This document shows positions 48,679 to 57,384 of a stretch of 64,000 bases of DNA, piece after piece. The DNA is from a virus. Location: positions 1 to 64,000 of the IMG/VR virus record IMGVR_UViG_3300037222_000116; one strand, written 5' to 3'. The translations under genes were made by a program, and so were the position numbers. Position 1 is the stretch's first letter. Each line of letters starts with the position of its first letter. The notes beneath the pieces are model-generated. The model did no database searches. It worked only from the letters and a program-made list of their open reading frames with translations, and was not told the origin of the DNA.

Positions 48679-51132
48679 ATGCGCGGGCGAGGTAGAGGCA
48701 GAGGACGAAGACCGATCTCGCGTACCCCCGCTCGCGTTTTGGCTGCACGCCCGCCAAGTATCATCGAAGCGCAAGAGCAAGAAGAAGAGAGCACGAAGAC
48801 CGAAAGCGTTTCGCTTTCATCACTTCCTCCGTTTGTTTCGCTCATACCGCAAGAGAGAGCCGACTTTTGTATTTGGACTGTCAGCATGGATCTTTGCTTC
48901 GCTGAGATCGTCATTGGACTGGCGGCAGCCCTGCGCGCGCTTGGCTTTGTGGTCGTCACCAGACAAGGCGGGGACGGGCACGCGCCACTTGATTGCGGGC
49001 GCTTGCTAATCATTGCCGGGAACGGACTCGACAACGACACAACTATCACCAAGTTGCCGAGAGACACGATTGTCTACCAGCTTGAGCAGTTCAACAGCCC
49101 GTGGCTCAAGCTGCCGCATTACATCAAGCTGTTGCAGCGCTGTGTTGTCTGGGATTTCTCACCGAGTAATGTTCGGATGCTGCGCAAGCTCGGATGCTCA
49201 CGCGTGCAGTTGTGCAGGATAGGCTATGCACCCGAGCTGGAACGAATCAATCACAGCGTCACGCAGGATATTGACGTCTTGTTCTACGGCTCGATGAACA
49301 AACGACGACAGAAGATTATCTCTCGCTTGCGCCAAGCCGGAATTGCTGTGACTGCTCCGTGCGAGGGTGGTGTTCCTTGTTATGGCAAAGAGCGTGACGA
49401 CCTGATTGCCCGGTCTAAGATTGTTCTTAATCTTCACTACTACGCCGATGCCTGCTTGGAGGTCGCGCGTGTCAGCTATCCGCTCGCCAATCAAGTTGTC
49501 GTCGTCAGTGAAAAGGGTAGTGACACTGAGCTGGATGATTTATTCGCCACCGGCATTGTCTTTGCCGACACCGATGATCTTGTCGAGATGCTTCAAATCA
49601 CACTGAACCAGAAGCGCAGCGAGCTTCGCGGGCAGGGTGTTCTAGGGCGGTCGGCGTTGCTCGCCATTCCACAGGTCGATGAGATTCAGCGCTGCTTGTC
49701 TCACGGGTATCATTGGGATGCTCTGGATGCTGTTCAATCGAGTGCCACGGTCCTGATCGGCACTGTTCAGTGGCGCCTTGAATCAACCCTGCGTTTGCTC
49801 GAACTACTGGAGCACCAGACGCGTGCTCCAGATCGCATTGTCGTTTGTCCTGACGGCTACGACGCCGCTGTGCTGGGAAAGTTGCAACGCTTCGCCCGGT
49901 CGATGTCGATTCCGACTCTCGTTGTCGAGCACGCGTGGTCGGTGCAAACGCCGCTGCATGGTCCGGGGGCTCGTTGGCAGACGATACAGACGCTCGGGCT
50001 GCCAGCGAGCGAGCTGATTCTCTGTATCGACGACGACATCTTGGTGCCCTCACAGTATGTTGCCAAGATGGCGACGGCGTGTGAGGAATACGGCGCCGTG
50101 AGTGCTATGGGAACCAATCCCAACGGTGACACGATAACGACTGAATCAGTCGCTTTGATTGCCGGGTGCAAGACATGGATCAGCGACTACGACGGCGAGC
50201 TGCGCAGCTTTGGCGCGGGCTTGTCGGCGATTCGCTTGGGCCTCCTGCATGGCCTCATGGAGATGCCTCTGGCGAGCGAGTATCTCGGCTACAACGGCCA
50301 CGACGAGATCCTGCTCGCTGCGCACCTGTGGCGTCAGAAAGTGCCTATCAGGTATGTCCGCGTCGACGGCATCAGCTTCGACAAGAAGCTCGCGTTGGAC
50401 GCTCGGGCAACGTATCGACACCGCGCCAGCGATGATCTAGAAATAAAGCTGTCGGCAGCTACCGGCTGGAAGCGCCCCGGCGCTGCGCGCCCGGCGCTCG
50501 AATCTGCCTTCACACACATCGCTCGCACTGATGGCTTCAATGTTGCTGGCGGCGGTGAGTCACTGTCGGGGCCGGGGTCGTCTCTCGCACAGACTGTTCG
50601 CTTGCGGGACGCGCTGCCGGGTGTCTTGCGCGAGCTGGAGGTTCGCTCGTTGTTGGACGCGCCCTGCGGCGACTTTCACTGGATGAAGGACGTGGCGCTT
50701 GACGGCATTGCCTATATCGGCGGCGAGATTGTCTCTGAGTTGATATGGCGAAACGTCCAAAAGTACAGCTCTTCGCATCGCAAGTTCATGCAGCTCGATA
50801 TTGTCTCAGGAGCATTGCCGACTGTCGATGCGGTCTTCTGTCGTGACTGTCTGGTGCATCTGTCCAATGCCGACAGCCTTTTGGCGCTACGCAACATGGC
50901 TTGGGCTTCACGCTACCTGCTCTTGACGACGTTCACTGATGTTCATCGAGTCAATCAGGACACGGTGAGCCCGGCATGGCGTGTTTTGAACCTGTGTCGT
51001 GAGCCATTCAATCTGCCTGCGCCACTGCTGCTCATCAACGAAGGCTGTTCAGAAGAGAACGGCGCCTTCGCCGACAAGTCGATTGGCGTCTGGAAGTCCG
51101 AGGATATTCTGCGCGTGCTGGATGGTGAGTAA
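48679..51132 (+). CDS. glycosyltransferase (GT-B) + GT2-like + SAM methyltransferase fusion
   Basis: DIDVLFYGS..R, SKIVLNLH..E..R; ILCIDDD; SGPGS, LLDAPCGDF.W, CRDCLVHL; start uncertain. Confidence 0.8.
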   Translation: MRGRGRGRGRRPISRTPARVLAARPPSIIEAQEQEEESTKTESVSLSSLPPFVSLIPQERADFCIWTVSMDLCFAEIVIGLAAALRALGFVVVTRQGGDGHAPLDCGRLLIIAGNGLDNDTTITKLPRDTIVYQLEQFNSPWLKLPHYIKLLQRCVVWDFSPSNVRMLRKLGCSRVQLCRIGYAPELERINHSVTQDIDVLFYGSMNKRRQKIISRLRQAGIAVTAPCEGGVPCYGKERDDLIARSKIVLNLHYYADACLEVARVSYPLANQVVVVSEKGSDTELDDLFATGIVFADTDDLVEMLQITLNQKRSELRGQGVLGRSALLAIPQVDEIQRCLSHGYHWDALDAVQSSATVLIGTVQWRLESTLRLLELLEHQTRAPDRIVVCPDGYDAAVLGKLQRFARSMSIPTLVVEHAWSVQTPLHGPGARWQTIQTLGLPASELILCIDDDILVPSQYVAKMATACEEYGAVSAMGTNPNGDTITTESVALIAGCKTWISDYDGELRSFGAGLSAIRLGLLHGLMEMPLASEYLGYNGHDEILLAAHLWRQKVPIRYVRVDGISFDKKLALDARATYRHRASDDLEIKLSAATGWKRPGAARPALESAFTHIARTDGFNVAGGGESLSGPGSSLAQTVRLRDALPGVLRELEVRSLLDAPCGDFHWMKDVALDGIAYIGGEIVSELIWRNVQKYSSSHRKFMQLDIVSGALPTVDAVFCRDCLVHLSNADSLLALRNMAWASRYLLLTTFTDVHRVNQDTVSPAWRVLNLCREPFNLPAPLLLINEGCSEENGAFADKSIGVWKSEDILRVLDGE

Positions 51133-51599
51133 TGGACCCTTATGGCACGCACCAGCAGGCGTTGATTGCTGCCGTCATGCGAACAACCGGGCCTGTTGTT
51201 GAATTCGGCGCCGGGTACTACTCGACACCCGTGCTGCACGAGATATGTGGTGTGCAAGGGCGGCATCTGGTCACGTTGGAGCAGGATCAAGAGTGGATCG
51301 ATCGCTTTACGCGCTTTCGCGCGGACCACCACGAAGTCCTGCTCGTGGAGGATTGGGCGTTGTCTCCCGCGGCTGATTTGACTTGGTCGGTCGCGCTTGT
51401 CGACCACGCCCCGGCATGGGCTCGGGTCGGGGTGCTGGATCGTCTGTGGCGTTCGGGGACGCAGTTCGTGGTCGTTCACGACACCGAAGGTGCTGTCTAC
51501 AGCTACGAGCCCGTGCTGGCGCTGTACGCGCACCGGAAGGACTTTCGGGAGCTGACGCCGTGGACGACGGTCGTCAGCAACACCTGTCCGATCTGGTGA
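51132..51599 (+). CDS. class I SAM methyltransferase-like protein
   Basis: VVEFGAGYYST, LVDH, VVHDT. Confidence 0.7.
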   Translation: MDPYGTHQQALIAAVMRTTGPVVEFGAGYYSTPVLHEICGVQGRHLVTLEQDQEWIDRFTRFRADHHEVLLVEDWALSPAADLTWSVALVDHAPAWARVGVLDRLWRSGTQFVVVHDTEGAVYSYEPVLALYAHRKDFRELTPWTTVVSNTCPIW

Positions 51600-51602
51600 G
51601 CC

Positions 51603-52211
51603 TTAACGCCGCTTGCGCGATCGGCGCGGCCCGTCGAGGTCGGGTAGCTCTTGGCGTCTTGGAGCCTTCTTGCCCTTCGTCCACGCAGGAGGCTCCCAGA
51701 GGCCGGGGCACATGAAGGCACCTTTGCCGCGCGCTGGATACTCGCCAGTCCTGATGATGCGCTTCAGGGCCTCATAATCACGGACGCAGGCAATGTTCTC
51801 CCAGCCAGTGTACCGCGTCTTGCGTTGCTCTTCCCGAGCGCGCTCTCGCCAAGGTCTGCCATCGTGTTCGGGATTGTAGGGAGGATAGGCAACTCCTGTT
51901 CCGAGGTGCTTGGCAAGTGCGTAGATTTGCCTGTCGGTCTGCGCTGACGTGTGGTGTTCATCGGGTGTGAGGATGTAGACGCGGTTGTCGGCGTCTCGAT
52001 AGGCGATCGGTGTCGAATAGTTGTAGCTGTAGGCGACAATGCCCATTCTGCCGGGATGTGCGTTGTCAGCTATCGTTTCTGTCCAGAAGCCGGGGTTGCC
52101 GTAATTGCGCCGCGGCTTGCATGACTTACCTTCGTCCCAGCACTTCAGGATCTTCTGGTAGTACGCGTGGGTGCCGGACCCCCATCCGAGCGCTGGTGCT
52201 CGACGAGCCAT
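51603..52211 (-). CDS. hypothetical protein with LPDL tag
   Basis: PALG near N-terminus; ends KKAPRRQELPDLDGPRRSRKRR. Confidence 0.7.
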   Translation of the reverse strand: MARRAPALGWGSGTHAYYQKILKCWDEGKSCKPRRNYGNPGFWTETIADNAHPGRMGIVAYSYNYSTPIAYRDADNRVYILTPDEHHTSAQTDRQIYALAKHLGTGVAYPPYNPEHDGRPWRERAREEQRKTRYTGWENIACVRDYEALKRIIRTGEYPARGKGAFMCPGLWEPPAWTKGKKAPRRQELPDLDGPRRSRKRR

Positions 52212-52217
52212 TGGAAC

Positions 52218-52583
52218 TTACTTCTTGCCGAGGAACGCGTTGGCGCGGGCGACCGCCACCAGCACTTCCGGCTTGGGTTGAGAGCCACGCAGGACGGTCT
52301 TCTCGATGGTCTGGAGCGCGACCATGACGACGCACGTCGCCAACTCGGGCGCGAGCGAGGTCAGCGTGCTCTGCTCGTTCGCCCACGCGCCTGTGTCGCC
52401 GAGCAGCGCGTTGACGGCGTTGTCGACGAGGGGACCGACGCTGCCGATCGTGACGTTCGCTGCACAGCCGAGCGTCGCGAGCCCTGCCTGCGTCAGCGTC
52501 GATTCCACCTGCGCCGTGTTGCACGTCGCACACGACGTCACGAAGAGGCAGAGGGCCGTCAGAAACCGATTCGGTGAGCGCAT
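52218..52583 (-). CDS. secreted/lipoprotein, possible lysis accessory
   Basis: signal peptide with Cys (FVTSC). Confidence 0.55.
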   Translation of the reverse strand: MRSPNRFLTALCLFVTSCATCNTAQVESTLTQAGLATLGCAANVTIGSVGPLVDNAVNALLGDTGAWANEQSTLTSLAPELATCVVMVALQTIEKTVLRGSQPKPEVLVAVARANAFLGKK

Positions 52584-52620
52584 GTTGAGCAGCTTATGCT
52601 ACTCGTGTAGGCTCTTGCAA

Positions 52621-53346
52621 ATGGGCAAGCCACGCCGACGCCGACGCCGGATGTTCCGAGGAGTAGGACGGCTCGGTGCGCCTGCCGTGCGCGTGCCGCC
52701 TGTTCACGCTCGCCAGCGCGGCGTCTGTCAGGTCATCCGAGATCCTGACACGCTGCTGGTTCGCCACGCTCTTCAGGACGAAGAGCTGGAGTCGATGTAC
52801 CTCGTCGACAAGAACATCCTGATCTTCGGCGATGAGAACTGCGTTGGCGAACCTGATCGGACCACGCACCTCGGGCCGAACTTCTGGATCGTCCACAACC
52901 ATCCGCTCGGGAGCCCACCGTTCCTGTCTGTCGCTGACGGCTGCTTCGCCAACTACCATTCTGCGCGTCGCATGGACGTCGCGGGCTTCATGCCGATCGA
53001 CGAGCATCACGCCGTTCGGGTCGTCATGGAGTTCCGACAGCGCAACGCTCGGAAGCGATGGCCTTGCGACGATGACGCCGACATGAACTCGATGATGCCG
53101 AACGACGGCAACATCGAGGTCAAGCAGTACATCGCTGATGAATACCCGCTCTACTTCGATACGGGGCGGCGACGGATTGAGCTTGCCAAGATGGACCGCG
53201 AGTTCCAGCGCGAGGAAGCTGAGCGCATCCGTGAAGACGAAGTGGAGAGGGAGCGAAGGAAGACCGCTCGATTCAATGACCTCGAAATCGACGGCGCTCG
53301 TCGTCCTCGAAAGCGCGTGAAGGCGGCACGTCGAGCTTCCCGATGA
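52621..53346 (+). CDS. JAB/MPN-like domain protein with basic termini
   Basis: upstream E, IVHNHP....S..D; RFNDLEIDGARR tail. Confidence 0.6.
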   Translation: MGKPRRRRRRMFRGVGRLGAPAVRVPPVHARQRGVCQVIRDPDTLLVRHALQDEELESMYLVDKNILIFGDENCVGEPDRTTHLGPNFWIVHNHPLGSPPFLSVADGCFANYHSARRMDVAGFMPIDEHHAVRVVMEFRQRNARKRWPCDDDADMNSMMPNDGNIEVKQYIADEYPLYFDTGRRRIELAKMDREFQREEAERIREDEVERERRKTARFNDLEIDGARRPRKRVKAARRASR

Positions 53347-53618
53347 CCAAGAAGGAATGGGATGGTCTGAAGGAGGGAGATACAATCTTCTTTTGCGCTA
53401 CGGAAGAGGGAGATTTTTTCGGATATGGCGATCGTGCGCGTGTTCGCGGATCACGGTGGACGACAGATGGTACTCGGGTACACGTAACTGCTGAAAAGCA
53501 AGGTGTTGTCGTTCTTCCTGTGCAATCAGCAAAAGCATGGATGCTCAAGCCATGTAAGAAACGCCCTCGCCGCCAACAGCTTCCTGACCTCGGACGCACC
53601 AGAGCACGCCGTCGATGA
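53343..53618 (+). CDS. small beta-barrel-like protein with LPDLG tag
   Basis: ends PCKKRPRRQQLPDLGRTRARRR. Confidence 0.75.
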   Translation: MTKKEWDGLKEGDTIFFCATEEGDFFGYGDRARVRGSRWTTDGTRVHVTAEKQGVVVLPVQSAKAWMLKPCKKRPRRQQLPDLGRTRARRR

Positions 53619-53932
53619 GCCCTCCGTCGTGGAAGCATATTGCACCGCAGCATCGAGAAGCCGTCCTGCGTGGGCTTGAGAAGGCCGCTCTCGCTGCCGA
53701 GAAGCACGCAGCGACGTTCGCCAGTGACGTCAACGTCAGGACGTTTCACGTCGAGCTGGCGAAAGCGTTTCGGGCGGCGGTAGGGAGACTCAACGAGGTC
53801 GACGCTGTTGCTGTTGGTGACGTCCCGCCCGGCTACGTTCCCGACGACAAGATCACTTCCGGCGACGTTTTGGATGTTGTCGCTGGGATGGCACGCGCAT
53901 TCGGCATGGAAATCCCGCCTCGGCGTCGTTGA
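53615..53932 (+). CDS. hypothetical protein
   Basis: ATGA coupling. Confidence 0.55.
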   Translation: MSPPSWKHIAPQHREAVLRGLEKAALAAEKHAATFASDVNVRTFHVELAKAFRAAVGRLNEVDAVAVGDVPPGYVPDDKITSGDVLDVVAGMARAFGMEIPPRRR

Positions 53933-54260
53933 GGTCGGGGAGCCTTTGCTGCCTCGGTCTGCTCTTCGCGCAAGCCTTCTCGGTGCGGTGCCAGTACTGG
54001 ATGTCTTGCGGATAGATTAGGGACTCGCCGCCCGTGTAATGCTTCACCACGCCGCGATACGAGTAACCTCTACGAAGAAGTTTGCGCGCTTCTGGCGTTG
54101 GGTCAGCGTCGTAAACAGCATTATGGAAGTCTTCCGCCGTTGATGCCTTGAGCGGTTTCTCTGCGAGCTTTGCACATTTCATGGCGTACCCGGCGTACTG
54201 CGGCCCGCAGTAGCAGATGCGGTCGCCGACTTTGACCTTCGCCCATTCCTTCTCGGTCAT
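53853..54260 (-). CDS. small beta-barrel-like protein with LPDL tag
   Basis: ACAKSRPRQQRLPDLN; N-terminus resembles 53343..53618. Confidence 0.7.
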   Translation of the reverse strand: MTEKEWAKVKVGDRICYCGPQYAGYAMKCAKLAEKPLKASTAEDFHNAVYDADPTPEARKLLRRGYSYRGVVKHYTGGESLIYPQDIQYWHRTEKACAKSRPRQQRLPDLNDAEAGFPCRMRVPSQRQHPKRRRK

Positions 54261-54517
54261 CGGCGTCTGCGCGCTTTGCCGAGGTCAGGGAGTTGCTGAC
54301 GACGAGGTCGCTTTCGTGGATTGCAGTCGACTGTCTTTACTTTGTACCAATCTCGGAAATCGTCGAAAGTGGTTCCTCGTTTCCAAGCGTCAGGGTGACT
54401 TGAGGCATTGGCGACAAGTGTAGCTGTGTGAGACGCGACCTTTTTCCATACGGTCGTTTCGCCTTCAACGAAGACAAAGCATGTTCCGACCGGGACCGCA
54501 CTGAATAGATAAGCCAT
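54257..54517 (-). CDS. small protein with LPDLG tag
   Basis: ends CNPRKRPRRQQLPDLGKARRRR. Confidence 0.75.
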   Translation of the reverse strand: MAYLFSAVPVGTCFVFVEGETTVWKKVASHTATLVANASSHPDAWKRGTTFDDFRDWYKVKTVDCNPRKRPRRQQLPDLGKARRRR

Positions 54518-55260
54518 CAGCGTCCTCGCCCCAATGTCATCGCCAAGGCAATCCCCAACCCAACTGCGACGGCTGCTGCGCTCCCGAGGTACACGCCGAC
54601 GGCGGCAGTCTCACGCAGGCCATTGCCGAGATGGTTGGCTCGCGCCAGCGTGAATGCTCGTCGTGCTTGCAGGCCGCTGAAACGTCCGAGGTCGGGGAGG
54701 CGTTGTTTGCGGGGACCGCGATGCTTGCGTAGCAACTCATCACCCTCTGAGCGTGTGAAGCTCTGAACTTGACTGTCCTCTCGGGCGTCTTCATCAGTAA
54801 TGTCGAAGGGGTTGTAGTAGACAGGGTGTAAAACGTATGCGGCCCATTCGGTATCTACATAGGACAACTGCATCGGACGTCCATTGATGACGACGTCGTA
54901 GCTTTGCCGTTTTCTAGCTACTCCGAGGTCGGGGAGTCGTTGTCGACGCGGGCGCTTCTTGTGCTCGTCTATCCATGCTTGCTCTATCTCGGCAGCTTTG
55001 AGATTGGCGAGCTTGGCAATCACAGCTTTCGAGAAAAAGTGATCGGTGATTCCTATCTCGCGTCGATAGCGTGCAGCGGCTTCTTTGTACCATTGCCGCC
55101 AGAGCTTCTCAGCCAATGCTGGATCGTACTTCTTGGCTTTGAGGAATTTCTCGGCATTCTTCTCGATGGCCTGCTTGCGCGCGTAGAGTTCGTACTCGTT
55201 CTCGGCATAGAGATCGAGTTCGTCAGCGGAGCGTTCCTCATCACGCGACAAAGCGGGCAT
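54517..55260 (-). CDS. polyprotein-like ORF: two domains each ending in LPDLG, plus C-terminal TM
   Basis: KKRPRRQRLPDLG and RGPRKQRLPDLG. Confidence 0.75.
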   Translation of the reverse strand: MPALSRDEERSADELDLYAENEYELYARKQAIEKNAEKFLKAKKYDPALAEKLWRQWYKEAAARYRREIGITDHFFSKAVIAKLANLKAAEIEQAWIDEHKKRPRRQRLPDLGVARKRQSYDVVINGRPMQLSYVDTEWAAYVLHPVYYNPFDITDEDAREDSQVQSFTRSEGDELLRKHRGPRKQRLPDLGRFSGLQARRAFTLARANHLGNGLRETAAVGVYLGSAAAVAVGLGIALAMTLGRGR

Positions 55261-55266
55261 TGCTGA

Positions 55267-56145
55267 TTACTTCGAGCCGAAGGCCGCTTCTTCGTAGATG
55301 GCGGTCGCGAGCGGCTCGACGTTCAGGAGCACTTCGCTCGGTGACAGCGGCGGAAGCCCGTGGGCGTCTCGGTAGTCGCTCACACGCGCCATCGTCGCCA
55401 CGTCGAGCTTGCCAGTGATCTTCACGGGGCGATACCCGCTCGACCACGCGTTGATCGCGCCTTGAAGGCGCATGATCTTTCTCATCATGCCCTCGGGCTG
55501 CACACGGACACCCGACGCCGCCGCCCCGAGGTTGATGTGCCGGGAGCCATTCAGCGACTTGTTGACAACGAATCGAACAGGTGCGATTGCGCCTGCCCCT
55601 GCTTGCCCTCCGCAACAACTCAAATGCCCTGCGGCGTCGGAGCAGAGGTTTGTGCCGGGGGGACAAGTTGGCGTTCCTCCTGCTGCTATTGCTGCTGCCT
55701 GCGACATACCCGATTGAGATTTTCTAAAATTCCCTACCGTAACTGGTTGTGTGTAGTGATGCGGCGCACGCGGACGCCGCCGCCGATAAACTGGAGATGG
55801 TGTCCGGTAGACCGGCGCAGCGTAGACCGGCGCAGCGTAGGCCCGACGCGCGTAGCCAAGGTCCCCGAGCGATCCCTGCATGCTGATGTTGCTCGACGAT
55901 GTGATCTTCATGTTCGGATTCGACGGATGCTTGCCGGGCAAGATCCCCGACTGCTGCATGCTGTCGTCCATGATCTTCTTGAGCATGTCGAGCTGGTCGC
56001 GCATGGCTTTCGGCAACTGCGGCTGCTTGCCGACGAGCATGGGCCTGACGATGCTCTCGGGCGTCGGTGCGCCGCCAAGTGGGCCGACGTAGGGGAACGG
56101 AAGGTCGTAGTACGAATCGCGCTCCGGGTAGTCGTCGTAGCCCAT
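55267..56145 (-). CDS. virion-module protein with peptidoglycan-binding-like C-terminus
   Basis: GAGGAG RBS; MQGSLGDLG; CPPG; RLQ..IN...ITGKLD..T pattern. Confidence 0.65.
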   Translation of the reverse strand: MGYDDYPERDSYYDLPFPYVGPLGGAPTPESIVRPMLVGKQPQLPKAMRDQLDMLKKIMDDSMQQSGILPGKHPSNPNMKITSSSNISMQGSLGDLGYARRAYAAPVYAAPVYRTPSPVYRRRRPRAPHHYTQPVTVGNFRKSQSGMSQAAAIAAGGTPTCPPGTNLCSDAAGHLSCCGGQAGAGAIAPVRFVVNKSLNGSRHINLGAAASGVRVQPEGMMRKIMRLQGAINAWSSGYRPVKITGKLDVATMARVSDYRDAHGLPPLSPSEVLLNVEPLATAIYEEAAFGSK

Positions 56146-56224
56146 GTGTCGTGCTCCTCTGTGTAGAACCCTCACCATACCTCAAGTTGCTTCTTGACTC
56201 CAACGTGGGCTAGGCTCGTTGGTC

Positions 56225-56509
56225 ATGGACACCATCGACGACGGCGAGCTGGGGCGCGCAGGGCGCTGCAAGTACGGCAAGGTCACGCGCGGCAGGCGCA
56301 AGGGGCAATGTCGCTTGCACAAGAAGGCTCCCAAGGCGAGCAAGCGGCGCAGCGGGCAGCGGCATTGCGTGCGGACGGCGGTCAATCGTCTCACGCGCCG
56401 CGAGTACTGCGCTGACTACGAGCCGGGTCCGTCGCCCTACCCCAAGGGCACGCGCTTCATCCAGCCGGTCTACGGCGCGCGGCGTAGCAAGCGTCGTCGC
56501 TCACGCTAG
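56225..56509 (+). CDS. protamine-like protein with acidic leader
   Basis: MDTIDDGELG then RAGRCKYGKVTRGRRKGQC. Confidence 0.75.
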   Translation: MDTIDDGELGRAGRCKYGKVTRGRRKGQCRLHKKAPKASKRRSGQRHCVRTAVNRLTRREYCADYEPGPSPYPKGTRFIQPVYGARRSKRRRSR

Positions 56510-56613
56510 AGAACAACGGCCCAAAGCGCGAGAACGCTCTGAGCCGTTGGACCGATGTTCCGGTCTTGTGTGGTCCCGTCGGAAGCGGGGAGCCGCAACA
56601 GGCTCAGTTTCTC

Positions 56614-56641
56614 TTGACGTTGCTGTAGCAAATCTGCTACT
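56614..56641 (+). promoter_or_regulatory. promoter overlapped by palindromic operator
   Basis: TTGACG then TGTAGCA-AATC-TGCTACT (56624-56641). Confidence 0.6.
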
Positions 56642-56649
56642 GCTCGGGA

Positions 56650-57057
56650 ATGCCTTACATCACCCTCGATGGTATTTCCTATGCTGTCGTTCACGACGGC
56701 TGCTTCATCACAAATGATGGCCTCGATTACCTGCGGGCGATCGACCGCGGCAAGGGCTGTTACTCGAAGACGCGTGATGCCCCCGAACGTGAGCAGGTGG
56801 AACTCGCCAAGAAGTTCATCGTCGCGAACTGTCTCAAGACCAAGACGATCCGTGATCTGATTGATTCCTATGGCTGGAAGCATCGCTGTGAGCGTTGGGG
56901 GAAAGCACAGGGCTTTGCCGCCTACGTGACCAACGGCGCGTTTCTCCAAGCTGCCTATGAGATGGGAGGCATCGCCATCAAACCGTGCAGGCCGGGTTGC
57001 ATCAATGCATGGCTGTCCCTCGGATTTGCCCGAGGCCGCACGAAGCTCTGCTTGTAG
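56650..57057 (+). CDS. conserved-looking phage protein
   Basis: SYGWKH..E.....YVTNGAF motif. Confidence 0.65.
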   Translation: MPYITLDGISYAVVHDGCFITNDGLDYLRAIDRGKGCYSKTRDAPEREQVELAKKFIVANCLKTKTIRDLIDSYGWKHRCERWGKAQGFAAYVTNGAFLQAAYEMGGIAIKPCRPGCINAWLSLGFARGRTKLCL

Positions 57058-57157
57058 TTTAGTTGCAATTATACAACAATTTGCAATCGCTGTAGCTCCA
57101 CGTCTACACTCGCTCCCGATGCTGTAAGCAATTCCTCGTTCATCTCGGAGCGACACC

Positions 57158-57373
57158 ATGGCGACCAACGAATTCGTTTCCAACGACGGCGAGCTGGGGC
57201 GCGCACGCAAGCGCACCTGCAAGTTCGGCAAGACCAAGGCGGGCAAGTGCCGCAAGACGCCCAAGCGCAAGGGTCGCCGTGGGTGCTCCTTCGGTCGCTC
57301 GCGCACCACCGGCAAGTGCAAGCCGCGCACGAGCAAGTACGGCACGCAGCGCGGCCCCCTGCGCCCTCGCTAA
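57158..57373 (+). CDS. protamine-like protein with acidic leader
   Basis: SNDGELG then RARKRTCKFGK..GKC and a second CSFGR..GKC. Confidence 0.75.
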   Translation: MATNEFVSNDGELGRARKRTCKFGKTKAGKCRKTPKRKGRRGCSFGRSRTTGKCKPRTSKYGTQRGPLRPR

Positions 57374-57384
57374 AGGAGACGACC

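Noticed and set aside
16673-55260. LPDLG as a sortase LPxTG signal
   Set aside because: No Thr at position 4, no following TM in most copies, no signal peptides and no sortase seen
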